Below, one piece after another: positions 27,001 through 39,830 of a stretch of 64,000 bases of DNA. Positions within the stretch are counted from its first letter, which is position 1. Every line of letters starts with the position of its first letter. The notes under the pieces were generated by a model. That model did no database searches. It saw only the letters and a list, made by a program, of their open reading frames with translations, and was not told the origin of the DNA. Origin of the DNA: Octopus sinensis. Its lineage: Eukaryota. The position numbers and the translations under genes are program-made. The DNA lies in contig NC_043017.1 of assembly GCF_006345805.1 (NCBI RefSeq), positions 10,292,001 to 10,356,000 on the forward strand, in the 5' to 3' direction.

Positions 27001-27270
27001 ATACCTCCAGAGTACCCAGTCTCGACCTGAAATAGACTATAAACATCTAGAATGCTCCAAATACCGATGTAGATGGCATGGAACGTTTAAGAAAATTAAA
27101 AAGACACACATTCTGCATAATCCAAAGGAAAACATTGTTGATTCCACCAAAGTCGATTTTATCTTCCATCCCCATCGGAGTTGTTCAATACCAGTTCAAC
27201 TCTGGGGTCCATGTAATCGGCTTTATTCTCCTCCTTAAAAAATTGCTGGCTTTATGCCAAAATTTGAGAC

Positions 27271-27332
<62 letters not shown>

Positions 27333-27336
<4 letters not shown>

Positions 27337-27551
27337 CCGGTCACTACCTGGAATCGAACTCGGAATCTCCGATTCCAGGCGGTGACCTGAATAATAATAA
27401 TAATAACAACAACATAGAAAAATACCTTAGGAATGAGAACCCAGGTTTGAAATTTCCCCAAAAAACCTGATGAAGGCTGGAGGGTGTATCAGCCGAAACA
27501 TTGTTAACAACAAGATAAGGTCAAATATGCGTCAAATGTAAATAATGTAAA

Positions 27552-27552
<1 letters not shown>
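27333..27552 (+). mobile_element. Short non-autonomous element with inverted tRNA-like 5' end and hammerhead-bearing tail, set in (TTA)n
   Basis: 24-bp inverted arms (21/24 match) next to a minus-strand B-box GTTCGATTCC (27350-27359). The tail contains CTGATGA...GAAAC. Confidence 0.6.
27464..27505 (+). ncRNA. Minimal type I hammerhead ribozyme motif, probably decayed
   Basis: aac-CTGATGA-a-ggctg(gagggtgtat)cagcc-GAAAC-ATT-gtt. Core boxes and the 5-bp P2 are perfect, P1 has 3 bp, and P3 has a C-A mismatch (AUU triplet). Confidence 0.55.
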
Positions 27553-27648
<96 letters not shown>

Positions 27649-27673
27649 GTCATCATCATCATCATCATCATCA

Positions 27674-27722
<49 letters not shown>

Positions 27723-27917
27723 CAGTTTTTCTTCTTCTTTCAAATTTCCTTCCATTTCTTGCCGAATGTCTTCCCAACTCCTAGGGCAAAGAAACTCATA
27801 GTATACATTGGTAGGCCATTAAACTAAACTCACTAGTTCGTTCCTTTTTTTTTTTTTTTGATAGAAATAAAGTTAAATTAAAATACATGGGTAGTAATAG
27901 TTCTCACATCGACAATG

Positions 27918-27974
<57 letters not shown>

Positions 27975-29123
27975 TACTTCTCGGAGCTCTCAGTTTTACT
28001 TGCTCTGGTTGATTCTGTGAGAGCGGTCAGCAACCTGTTCTCAGGGGTCTCCCAGGATCTTTCCGCAAACCATAAGCTTTCGTACTTGGATGTGAACTAT
28101 TGTGGAAGACATTCACCACCCAAAGAGAGCTGGCAGAATCGTTAGCGCGCTAGACAAAACGCTTAGCGGTGTCTCGTCAGGCTTAACGTTCTGAGTTCAA
28201 ATTCCACCGAAGTCGTCTTGGCCTTTCATCCTTTCGGAGTCGATAAAATAAAGTACTAGCCGAGCACTGGAGGTGTCGATATAATCGAGTGGCCCCCTAA
28301 CCGATTGTGCTTATAGTAGAAAGAATTAAGGGGGCGGCGAGCTGGCAGAACCGTGGCTCGCCGGACAAAATGCTCAGCAGCATTTGTTCTGGCCCTTTAT
28401 GTCCCAGGTTCATAAGTCGTTGTGGTCAACATCGCCCATCATCCTTCTGCGGTCGATAAATTAATGTAATCAGTCAAATACTTGGGTCAATGTAATTACA
28501 AAAAATTGACTATTTTCACCTTCATACATTCGCTTCTCATTCCTGCTCAACTTGTCCCTTCCACCTCTCTCTCTCTCTTCCCTTCTTTCTCTCTCCCTCT
28601 TACTCCTTTCTTTTCGCTTCTATCTCTCTTTCCCTCCTCCCTCTTCTCTCTTCCTTTATACATTATGCCCATGTTTATTAAACTAATCTGACGATACTAA
28701 AATACGAAATACAGTGCCAGGTCCAGAAGATATTTAAAAACACGTAACAGAAGTTACTTCCATACATACAAACTCAAAATAATGTGACATTCAATTCAGG
28801 AAGAGTTTCAAGTTGTCCGTTATCAGTCCGTCATCGAATAACAATATGGATGACCACACGAGGCCGGCAGAAATTACATCATAATTAGACATGGTATGAG
28901 ACTTGAGAATTTATAATTATAATGAGCAACAATGTGTCGTTGTGCGTGTTACGAAAAACATAAAGAAGGTTAGTGCGAGGTTTACTTGTAGTTTAGTGTC
29001 ATAAAAAATGAATTGCGCCGGAAGTGACTACAGTGAAACCCCATATTTTCATAAATACTTGAACAAACCTACACAAGGATGCTTCCCCACTGACGTTCGT
29101 TCCTCAAAACTTAAAATGAAATC

Positions 29124-29284
29124 AATTGCAGCGTGGAAGGTGTTTATAAGCCATTTAAGAAACACACAAGAACCCTCTCAAGGCGACGAAAATATTTTGA
29201 CAAATTAAATTTAAATGTTGAAGTGAATCTAACGGTTTTTGTGTGTTTCCTAAATGGCTTATAAACACCTTCCACGCCGCAATT
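29124..29284. repeat. 51-bp inverted repeat (48/51) with a 59-bp spacer, palindromic MITE-like
   Basis: aattgcagcgtggaaggtgtttataagccatttaagaaacacacaagaacc has a reverse-complement partner at 29234-29284. Confidence 0.9.
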
Positions 29285-29344
29285 GTTTTCGTTCCAGCAC
29301 ACGATATCAGATCAAGTCACTCGCTATGCAAGTATATCTCCGTA

Positions 29345-30433
29345 ATTAAAATGAAATGTTCTACAAATATGCTTCAGACGATGTAGACTCCGATTATATC
29401 GAAATTTGTTGTGAAAGAATTTCTCTCGAGAGTAGTTTCGGATTCGGCTTTATTTCCTCATTACTTGAAAAAAAAAATGGATATTTTCTTTGACATTCCT
29501 ACGCGTGTGCGCCTCCCCCCACCGACTTTGTGTCCTCATAACTTCTAGAGTAAAAAATGGTTATTTTGTAAATGAAATTATCTACAGATATGCTTCAGAT
29601 GGTGTAAATTCTGATTATATCGGAATATGTGATGAAAATTTTTTTTCTGAGGTTGGGGTGTGGAGTTCCGGAAAATTCACACAAGACTGTTTTGTTTCCT
29701 CATAACTTTCAGAAAAAAGGATAATTTTTAATGAAATTTTCTACAAATACCTTTCAGAGTGAGCAGATCGCGATTATAGCGGAATTTAATGTGAAGAATT
29801 AAATTTGGTGGCTTCGTACGCCCACATACTGGTATCTACAAAATGATACTTGAAATTTCGAAAAAAATTGTGATGTGTGTCAGTATGTATGTGTGCGTGT
29901 TCACTGCTTTTCTGTTCACATCAAATTCTGATATAATCGTAATTTACATACTCTGAAAAGTATTTGTAGAAATTTTCATTTAAAAATACCCATTTTTCTG
30001 AAAGTTATGAGGAAACAAAGTCGAATCGTGTGAATTTTCCGAAACTCCTCTTCCCACCCACAAAAAACCTTTTCACAATAAATTCCTATATTATTGGAAT
30101 CTACATCTAAAGCATTTTTAAGGAAATTTTATTAAAAGATATCCATTTTTTTCTGGAAACTATGAGGAAACAAAGTCGGTGGTGGTGGTGGTGGTGGGGA
30201 TACACATTCTTTTTTTTAAATTTTATTTTATCTAGTTTCAATCACGAGCTGTGGCCATGGTGGGGAATTTTCTATAAATACCTTTCTGATGCTGTATATT
30301 ACGATTATATGGGTATTTTATATAAAATATTGTGGGTTCGCACACATATATACTGATGCGCATAACAAAATGAAACTTAATTTCGAAAAAAGTTGTCATA
30401 TGTTTCAGGATGTATCTGTCAGGACCGCCATTA

Positions 30434-30470
<37 letters not shown>

Positions 30471-30770
30471 TAAATCCCGATATAATCGTAATCTATGAAA
30501 GGTATTTGTAGAAAATTTCATGGATCCTTTCGGTTTGAACGGCAATTTTTTAAAAATAATTTCCACGTAACTAAACACATTTAAACTTCGTTTTTAAATT
30601 TCATTAAAGTATGAGGAAACAAAATCGACTTTTATGAATTTTCAGAAATTCCACTCCGCACCCTCAGAATTTTTTTTTTTTTTTTTTTTTTGATAACTAA
30701 TTCCGAATCAGATTCTGCACCATTTGAAGCATATTTGTAAAACAATTTCATTGAAAAATGTTCATCTTTC
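29345..30770. mobile_element. Cluster of fold-back family copies (complete one at about 29500-30195, plus partial arms)
   Basis: Same modules as 20374-21515 in both orientations. Confidence 0.7.
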
Positions 30771-30899
30771 TGGACTGTATAGGTATGCCAGTTCACGAAC
30801 CCAGCTACATATGATCTTCCAGTGATCGTATTAGCACTTCTGAAACGGTACCTGAGGTACACTACAACTGCAATGTTGTATAACCTATGCCGCCGAACA

Positions 30900-31230
30900 C
30901 CATTGAAAAAGTCAGACGTGCGTTTGATATCCAATGTGGCGGATCTTTTCAGTGTTAGTTTAGGCTACATATGCAGTTGCACAACTGTGAACCATTCTTT
31001 AAATTTTGCTAATCCAATGTTGAGAACATCCATACGCAGACGATCGAAGGGCGTTGGATACTCGCTAAGAAGAAACTCGGGTGACAATGTGGAACGAATA
31101 ATGCTTTATTAACTTCGTAATTGTATGAATATTTCTGGCGACATAAGTTCAGAGACCGTGAGAAAGTTGTATGTACAATCTGTGCATCGTTTTTATGTTC
31201 TCACTTCCAGTTTCTTCCGTAATTTACTCT
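30900..31230 (+). pseudogene. Merlin/IS1016-like DDE transposase C-terminal relic
   Basis: LGY..CTTVNHSLNFANP, then after a frameshift ENIHTQTIEGRWILAKKKLG*QCGTNNALLTS*LYEYFWRHKF. This matches the ISXO2/Merlin pattern TVNHSxxFVxP-xGxHTQxIExxW...YLxEFxWR. Confidence 0.8.
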
Positions 31231-31486
31231 GATTTTTTTTTTTTTTTGCATATTAACCAAGCAGTTACGTACTTATTGAGAATATTCAGACGAGCATAAG
31301 TCATGCTTTTTTGGGTTTTTTTTCAAAAACAATAGATTTTTATTTAGCAACATATTTTTACAGGAAGAAAATAAAAAAGACATTCAAAGTTTAAAAGATC
31401 AAATTATTGAGAAAAAAAACAACAAAAAGCCTGAAAGACATTTTTCAGGTGCCTTGCTATTACTTCTCCAGAGCAGTATTCACCAT

Positions 31487-31525
<39 letters not shown>

Positions 31526-31651
31526 TTCTTTCTCTAGCTTTCTCTTGTTTTCCGCTTTTCTCTTTTTTTTCTCGCTTCCCCTCTCTTTCTCTCTTGCTTT
31601 TCCTTTCGTCTTCTGCTTCTTTCTCGCTTTCTTTCTCTCCTTTTGCCTTTC

Positions 31652-31686
<35 letters not shown>

Positions 31687-31762
31687 CTGTCTGTCTCTCT
31701 TTCTCTGTCTGTCTCTCTCGCTTTCTTTCTCTCTTCTTCTGCCTTTCTCTCTTTCTTTCTTC

Positions 31763-31849
<87 letters not shown>

Positions 31850-32589
31850 CTCTCTCTCTCTTTCACTATGTCTCACCACTCTCCACTTGTGGAAATATTT
31901 ACTTCATCCACATAGTTTCTCAGGAGGGGATTAACTCTCGATGTTTCTCTGCAAGAGAAAACAAAGAAAAGAAAATAATCCCAGTAAACAAACAAAAAAA
32001 AAGTATTTAAATAAGTGTTTTTTTTCTCTCAGTCCCTTTTGATCGATATCTTTTTGCTAACCGAACGTATTCCCTGCCACCCTTAAATCGCATCACCACT
32101 ATTTGGTAGATGGAAACTGTATGGAATCCCATTCTCGTTTGTATATATGTGTGTGTGTGTGTGTGTCTATGTCTTCTTGCAACCCCTCCCCCCACACACT
32201 TCACTGCTTGATAACCAGTGTTAGTTTGTTTACATCCTCAAAACTTAGCAGTTCATCAAAAGAAACCAATAAAGTAAGCACCAGACTTTAAAACCAAGTA
32301 AGTACTGGGGTCAATCTATTCAAGTAAAAACCCTTTGAGGCAGTGCCCCAGCATGGCCGCAGTTGAAGGACTTAAACAAGTAAAGGATAAAAGATAAAGT
32401 AATAAACATCTTACTCCCCTTCTGTCTCTCTGTCTCTCTTTTCCTCTCTCTCTCCCTCCTCACCAATGAAGGATTCTGCCCAAAACTTTAACAAAGAAAG
32501 AAAAAAAAATGTTTGTGTCTCATCTTTGCAAAAACTTGACATTTGGTACACACCACACACACACACACACCACACACACACACACACAT

Positions 32590-32755
32590 AGTGGCCGTGT
32601 GGTTAGTAGCTTGCTTACCAACCACATGGTCCCGGGTTCAGTCCCACTGCGTGGCACCTTGGACAAGTGTCTTCTACTATACTCTCAGGCTGACCAAAGC
32701 CTTGTGAGTGGATTTGGTAGATAGAAACTGAAAGAACCCCATTATATATATATAT

Positions 32756-32809
<54 letters not shown>

Positions 32810-33310
32810 AGTACCCACTGACTGGTGGCATGTAAAGGGCACTATCCGAATGTGGCTGATGCCAGTACCCGCCGACTGGCCCCTGTGTCGGTGGCACATA
32901 AAAAGCATTATCCAAATGTGATCAATGCCAGGCCCACCTGACTGGCTCCTTGGAATGGTTGGTGTTAGGAAGGGCATCCAGCTGTAGAAACTTTGCCAGA
33001 TCAGATTGGAGCCTGGTGCAGCCACTAAGTCAAACCGTCCAACCCATGCCAGCATGGAAAATGGACGTTAAACAATGATGATGAGGATGATCATGATATG
33101 TGTATATGTTTGTGTGTCTGTGTTCGTTCCCCCACAATCGCTTGGCAACCAATGATGGTGTGTTTACATCCCCGTAACTTACTAGTTTCACAAAAGAGAT
33201 TGATACAATAAGTACTAGGCTTACAAAGAATAAGTCCTGGGGTCAATTTGTTTGACTAAAGGCGTTGCTCCAGCATGGCCACAATCAAACAACTGAAACA
33301 AATAAAAGAA
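32590..33310 (+). mobile_element. SINE family A with an RTE 3' fragment (32815-33095) inserted in its microsatellite
   Basis: Head, then (TA)n, then RTE tail, then SINE tail. Confidence 0.75.
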
Positions 33311-33526
33311 TACACACACACACACATACATATATATATTCTTTTATATTTATGTATATATATATGTATGCATGTATGTATATATGTGTATGTTTTTGTA
33401 TGTATGTATGTATTTCTATGTATATTGATAGTTGATGGGTTCACATATTTTGCTTCACTAATCATTGATGACAATGTCTGGCAGGTTTGCATTCATTTGT
33501 TTTTGTTGCTCTTGTTTTTCCCCTCA

Positions 33527-33557
<31 letters not shown>

Positions 33558-34663
33558 CACAGACATATCCCAGGCATATCCCAACTATTGCCACTTGTAC
33601 ATTTTTAGTGACCGTGTTTTGGTAAACGCTTGTACCATTTGTTGTCTGTCCTGTCTTAGTAGTGTTTGTCTATTGTTGAGCAAATATGACTACTTTATCG
33701 GTTATGCTTGTTTATGTATTCTGACCTGGCTAATTCTGGACAACCTCATGCAACATGGTCGATATTCTCCATACACAGAATTATCTAAATCGACCGTCTC
33801 CTCTATTTTGTGGAATATTGTATTCTTTTTTTTTGTGTGTATCTTTTACTTGTGTTATCACTGGACTGTGGCCATGCTGGGGCACCACCTTGTGGGGGTT
33901 TTAGTTGAGAAAATCTCCTCTGGTACTTATTTTTGTTTTAAATTTGATAATTGTTTCTATTGGTGTATTTTGCTGAACTGCTAAGTTACACAGACATAAA
34001 CAAACTATCACCAGTTGTCAAGTGGTAGTGGTGGTGAACAAACAAAACACAAATACAAAGGCACACATACCCATGGACACTCATACACACACACACACAT
34101 ATGTATATATATGTGTATATATATTCTTTTATTTATTTGCTGGCCTTTAGTCAAACCTTTAGTCGAACAAATCAACCTCAGGACTTATTTTTTGTAAGCC
34201 TAGTACCTATTCTATCAGTCTCGTCGTTGTGGCTGCCGTCATCATCGTTGTGTTCCATCTTCATCATTATCATCATCATTATATCATCACCATCATCATC
34301 ATCATTTTTGTTGTCATTATCCTCTTCCTCCTCCTCATCATCACCATCATCATCATTGTCAGCATCGTCGTCGTCATTGTCATCATCATCATCAAAGTGG
34401 TAAGCTGGCGGAATTGTTAGCATGTTAGACAAAACGCGTCCCCAGCATTTCGTCTGTCTTTACTTTCCGAGTTCAAATTCTGCCAAGGTCGACTTTGCCT
34501 TTCTTCCTTTTGGGTGGGGGATCGATAAAATAAGAACCAGTTGAGTGAGTACTGGGTGGGGCGGGATGGGTGGGGGGTTTCAATGTAATCAATTTGCCCC
34601 TTCCCTCGAAATTGCTGGCCTTTTGCCAAAATTTGAAATCATTATTTTTGTTGTGGTTGTTAT

Positions 34664-34762
<99 letters not shown>

Positions 34763-34786
34763 GCTACTACTACTTATTGTTGCTGC

Positions 34787-34825
<39 letters not shown>

Positions 34826-34835
34826 CATATTATTA

Positions 34836-34880
<45 letters not shown>

Positions 34881-34934
34881 TACTACTACTATTATTATTA
34901 TTATTATTACTATTATTATTATTATTATTACTAC

Positions 34935-34983
<49 letters not shown>

Positions 34984-34989
34984 GTTATT

Positions 34990-35680
34990 GAACCCCTCAT
35001 TTAACCCATGGTGGAATCAGTGATTATCGATAATGGTGTGTCCATGCTGTCTAATGCCATGACCTGTGCAAGTTGGTGGGACAATACACACACATCTCAA
35101 TCCCGGAGAACGTCCAATATTCATGGAACACCAGGCATTTCGGAGAATAGTCTGGCTTCATGAGGTAAGACTATCATTATTTTGATTTGGCTCAGGTTCG
35201 GTCTTATTCCTGGTAGATCTTAAATGGGTAACAGGTTACTACCTGTAACCTTAGGTATCCACAAGTTTTCAGTAGTCTTTCAAGTGCTTAGAACCCTTCT
35301 GATAATCCTTGATGTCCCTAAGAGGCAAATATTCTGTAGGAGCTCTACAGGGCATTCTATTTCAATCTCCTTCAGCCATATATCTATATCTTTGCTTACT
35401 GTTCCCAATGCACCAATAATTATTATAGGCACAACCTTTACTGTCCGCATGCTCCAAATTCTTCCTATTTCAAATTTTAAGGGATTGTATTTTTTTTGTT
35501 TTTCTTCCTCTTTCTTCACACGTAGGAGTGGCTGTGTGGTAAGCAGCTTGCTTACCAACCACATGGTTCCGGGTTCAGTCCCACTGCATGGCACCTTGGG
35601 CAAGTGTCTTCTACTATAGCCTCGGGCCGACCAAAGCCTTGTGAGTGGATTTGGTAGACGGAAACTGAAAGAAGCCCGTC

Positions 35681-35720
<40 letters not shown>

Positions 35721-36770
35721 GTATGTGTGTATGTTTGCGTGTCTGTGTTTGTCCCCCTAGCATTGCTTGACAACCGATGCTGGTGTGTTTATGTCCCCGT
35801 CACTTAGCAGTTCGGCAAAAGAGACCGATAGAATAAGTACTGGGCTTACAAAGAATAAGTCCCGGGGTCGAGTTGCTCGATTAAAGGCGGTGCTCCAGCA
35901 TGGCCGCAGTCAAATGACTGAAACAAATAAAAGAGAAAGAGAAAGAGAAATCCTAGAATCAAATGGGCATGATGGGTCGATAAGTAAGCAGTTTCACTTT
36001 ACCTTATCTATAATTGTTGCCTGGTCTTTTATTTTCTAACTTCTTCTCTGTTTGAATAGGAAAGTCCCACAAAATCTTACATTTCTCCGACTCCAGTACT
36101 CTTTCAGTGATTGTACCATGTGTTTCCAGTTTCAAATCCCCAGGCGCGGGCATGGCTGTGTGGTTAGGGAGCTTGCTTCCTAGCTACATGGTTTCGGGTT
36201 CAGTTCCACTGCGTGGCACTTTGGGTAGGTGTCTTCCACTATAGCCCCGAGCCGACTGGAGCTTTGTGATTGAATTCGGTAGGTGGAAGTTACTGCCGTG
36301 TGTGTATGTGTGCGTATAGCTGCTCAGTGCCTCTCCGAAAGAGAGAGAGGGATATCTGGCACAGTTTCCAGTGTATAACTTTTACAGCCTGGTCGTGCCC
36401 CCATTTCTTATAGTCTTCCTGTGCCAACTCGGAGCATTCTGTCACAGTGTGTGCCACTGTCTCATTCCAAGTTCTACAGGTTCTACAGTTTTCTGATACA
36501 TTCCCTCCATATATATATTTTTTCTCAACTTGTTTGTTTTTATCTCTTGATCTTAGACTACTACAATTAAGATCTCGGTTTTTTATTTTTAATTGCCCCT
36601 TAATTAACAAAGCCCAGGATTTTGTTCCACCTACGTCTTCAGTGGCTCTCCAAAATTGGCCATGCAGCAGTTTCTCTTCGATCTGTCTGACGAGCTCTCT
36701 TTGTCTTTCATTCTTGTCCTTTTCTCCAAATACGTGCTTCATCAACTGTTCTTTAGTCATTTAGAAAAAC
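34990..36770 (-). mobile_element. R4/Dong-type LINE 3' half (CCHC finger plus restriction-like endonuclease), interrupted by two SINE A insertions, ending in (TAA)n
   Basis: Reads LHGQFWR...CRTCRTWNETVAHTVTECSELAQEDYKKWGHDQAVKVIHWKLC, then KILWDFPIQT...LIDPSCPFDSR, then VKKEEEKQKKY...VVPIIIIGALGTV...LLGTSRIIRRVLST*. A (TAA) array lies at 34790-34985. Confidence 0.92.
35520..35935 (+). mobile_element. SINE family A inserted in the Dong endonuclease
   Basis: Near-consensus copy. The RLE reading frame resumes on either side. Confidence 0.9.
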
Positions 36771-37048
36771 AATTTCCCTCATCAACAGTCACAAATGCAG
36801 CAACGAAAAAGCTTTTTGGAATAAATAAATAAATAAAAAGATGAATGAATGAATGGAAATTGAACCAGTGAGTGTGTTATATTAAGGCACTATGAATCTT
36901 CCCAGATACAACGAAATTTAATTAATAAGAATTTCTTGATTGGCTACATCAACAGCACCCACTTTTCTATTAATGTTTCATGCAGCAGGTGTCCCTGGGT
37001 ATTTTTCTTTTTCTCCAGTTATTCTGTACATTCTTCTTTCTCTTTCTT

Positions 37049-37094
<46 letters not shown>

Positions 37095-37284
37095 CATACG
37101 CACACATCCATACACATCCACACACACACACACACTATGTATATGTGTACACATGTCCACACATTCTCTCTCTTACACACATACACTATGTACACACACA
37201 TCCACATGCTTTGTATATACTCACATATCCACACATACATTGACAGATATACACTCACAAACACTATGTACACACACTCACACA

Positions 37285-37415
37285 CACATGCATACATCTG
37301 CACATGCTATGTATAGACACATAGGTTGACACACTCACACACCACACACACACACACACAAAGAAACACTATGTACATGCACATACACACACATTTGCAA
37401 CTTCCTCTACCAACA

Positions 37416-37446
<31 letters not shown>

Positions 37447-37720
37447 ATATTGACACGCATACATACACATAAACACTATGCACACACACTCACACATGCA
37501 TACATCTGCACATGCTACGTATAGGCACATAGGTTGACACACTCACACGCACACACACACACACACACACACAGAAACACTATGTACATGCACATACACA
37601 CACATGTATACACACGCATTTGCAACTTCCTCTACCAACACTCTCTCTCACATACACTGTATACACACACACATAATGACACGCATACATACACATAAAC
37701 ACTATGTACACACACACACT
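37285..37720. repeat. Tandem duplication of an approximately 210-bp CA-rich unit
   Basis: catacatctgcacatgcta...ataggttgacacactcacac...tttgcaacttcctctaccaacactctctc occurs twice. Confidence 0.8.
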
Positions 37721-38097
37721 GTTTACACAGTGTTTACACAGGGCTGGTTGCATTGTTCCACTGAAACCCCTTCTGTCGGATAAAGAAACAAATTCTCTCT
37801 TGTTTATTCTGGGTTTTTACTCTTATTTCCCTCGGCATTCTTTCCCAATGTTTGTTGTCTTCTGTATGTGAGGCTGTGTGTGTGCATGTGTGTGCGCACG
37901 TGTGTGTGTGCATGTATGTATGAGTGGCTGTGTGGTAAGAAGCTTGCTTCCCAACCACATGGTTCCGGGTTCTGTCCCATTGCTTGGCACATTGGGCAAG
38001 TGTCTTCCTCTATAGCCTCGGGACAACCAAAGTCTTGTGAGTGGATTTGGTAGATAGAAAGTGAAAGAAGCCCATCGTATATATATATATATATGTA

Positions 38098-38260
38098 GGC
38101 GCAGGAGTGGCTGTGTGGTAAGTAGCTTGTTTACCAACCACATGGTTCCGGGTTTAGTCCCACTGTGTGGCACCTTGGGCAAGTGCCTTCTACTATAGCC
38201 TCGGGCCGACGAAAGCCTTGTGAGTGGATTTGGTAGACGGAAACTGAAAAGAAGCCCGTC

Positions 38261-38320
<60 letters not shown>

Positions 38321-38523
38321 GTGTGTGTGTCTGTGTTTGTCCCCCTAGCATTGCTTGACAACCGATGCTGGTGTGTTTATGTCCCCGTCACTTAGCGGTT
38401 CGGCAAAAGCGATCGATAGAATAAGTACTGGGCTTACAAAAGAATAAGCCCCGGGTCGAATTGCTCGATTAAAGGCGGTGCTCCAGCATGGCCGCAGTCA
38501 AATGACTGAAACAAGTAAAAGAG

Positions 38524-38524
<1 letters not shown>
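38098..38524 (+). mobile_element. SINE family A, full length (a head-only copy precedes it at 37922-38085)
   Basis: Near-consensus copy. Confidence 0.9.
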
Positions 38525-38558
<34 letters not shown>

Positions 38559-39249
38559 ATTTGTTATTTGTGTGTGTGTTTGTTCCCACACTATTGCTTG
38601 ACAACTGATGTTGATGTGTTTTACATTCCTGTCACTTAGCAGTTCAGCAAAAAGAGACTGATAGAATAAGTACTAGTTTAGGATGAATGTTGCTGTAATT
38701 TAGCCCCAGGAGACATCGTCTCCAGCTGGCTATACGCCACAATCTGTGCCCTTATATTTTCTCTCTTTGTGAGATTTATATGTGTGTGTTTATATATGTA
38801 AACATATATTTATACACATACATACATACATATATATATATACACACACACATATAATTAAGTTTGAAAATGGAGAGATCTAATGGATAGAAATTAATAT
38901 ATTAATTTAATTAACATCTTCACCTACAATTGTTTCATTCCACAATGAAAATTAAAACTACAAAACGTATATAAATATATAATCTTGCATTTTAAAATAT
39001 CTTGGATGGAGAATCATCAATATGTACAATAAGACAATACAAGGATTACATTATGATCTGTTGGAATGCTCAGAATATATAATCATGTTTATTATGTGTG
39101 TACGTATATGTGTGTGTGCACACATGCATTAAAATTATTACTTATTCAGTAATAATAATAATCATGAATAATGAGTTATAGAATATAAGAGTAAATATAT
39201 ATATATACATACATACATACATACATATATATACATATATACATATATA

Positions 39250-39284
<35 letters not shown>

Positions 39285-39294
39285 TATACATATA

Positions 39295-39448
39295 CATGGT
39301 GATGGCTGCCCCCTCGTTATTGAATATGGCCATTGTACGAAGCTTAATCAATGTTGTTATCGGGCAATGCCTGTGCTAGAAGATTTTTTTTAAAGTGAGG
39401 AAAGGCTTTGCACTGACTCAATCCCACTCACTAAGCAACAGCAGCCAT
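39295..39448 (-). mobile_element. Truncated copy of the CATA-bounded element at 51921-52315
   Basis: Near-identical over 150 bp (ggctgccccctcgttat...ctaagcaacagcagccat). Confidence 0.85.
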
Positions 39449-39689
39449 ATACATACATGCATACATACATAATGATGATGATGATCATCATCATCATCAT
39501 CATCATTTAATGTCTGTTGTTCATGCTGGCATGGGTTGGGCGGTTTGACCAGGGCTGGTAAGCTGACGGGCTGCACCAGACTCCAGTCTGCTTTGGCATT
39601 GTTTCTATACACACGCCCATGCCTACCTACGTAAGTAAGTACATGCATACACATATCTATATAAAAACTAGCACACTACCTATATATAA

Positions 39690-39830
39690 TGCCTGGGTTT
39701 CTTCCCTCTCAATATTTTTTAATCTTTCTGCTTCGAGCCTTGATTCATTTTCTTCTGGAGTTTCATTTTGTCTTCTTTCAGTTATTCTTCTTAACTGCTA
39801 CTTTGTTTCTATTCTTTGTTGCTTTAAAGC
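39690..39830 (-). pseudogene. Possible STPR-like repeat relic of the kind seen in Helitron ORFs
   Basis: Reads ETK*QLRRITERRQNETPEENESRLEAERLKNIEREET. Confidence 0.35.

Noticed and set aside
27990-28120. Plus frame LSANHKLSYLDVNYC resembling a leucine-rich repeat
   Set aside because: Single short motif with no donor site. It runs into a SINE and abuts a TTA array, as a TE end would.
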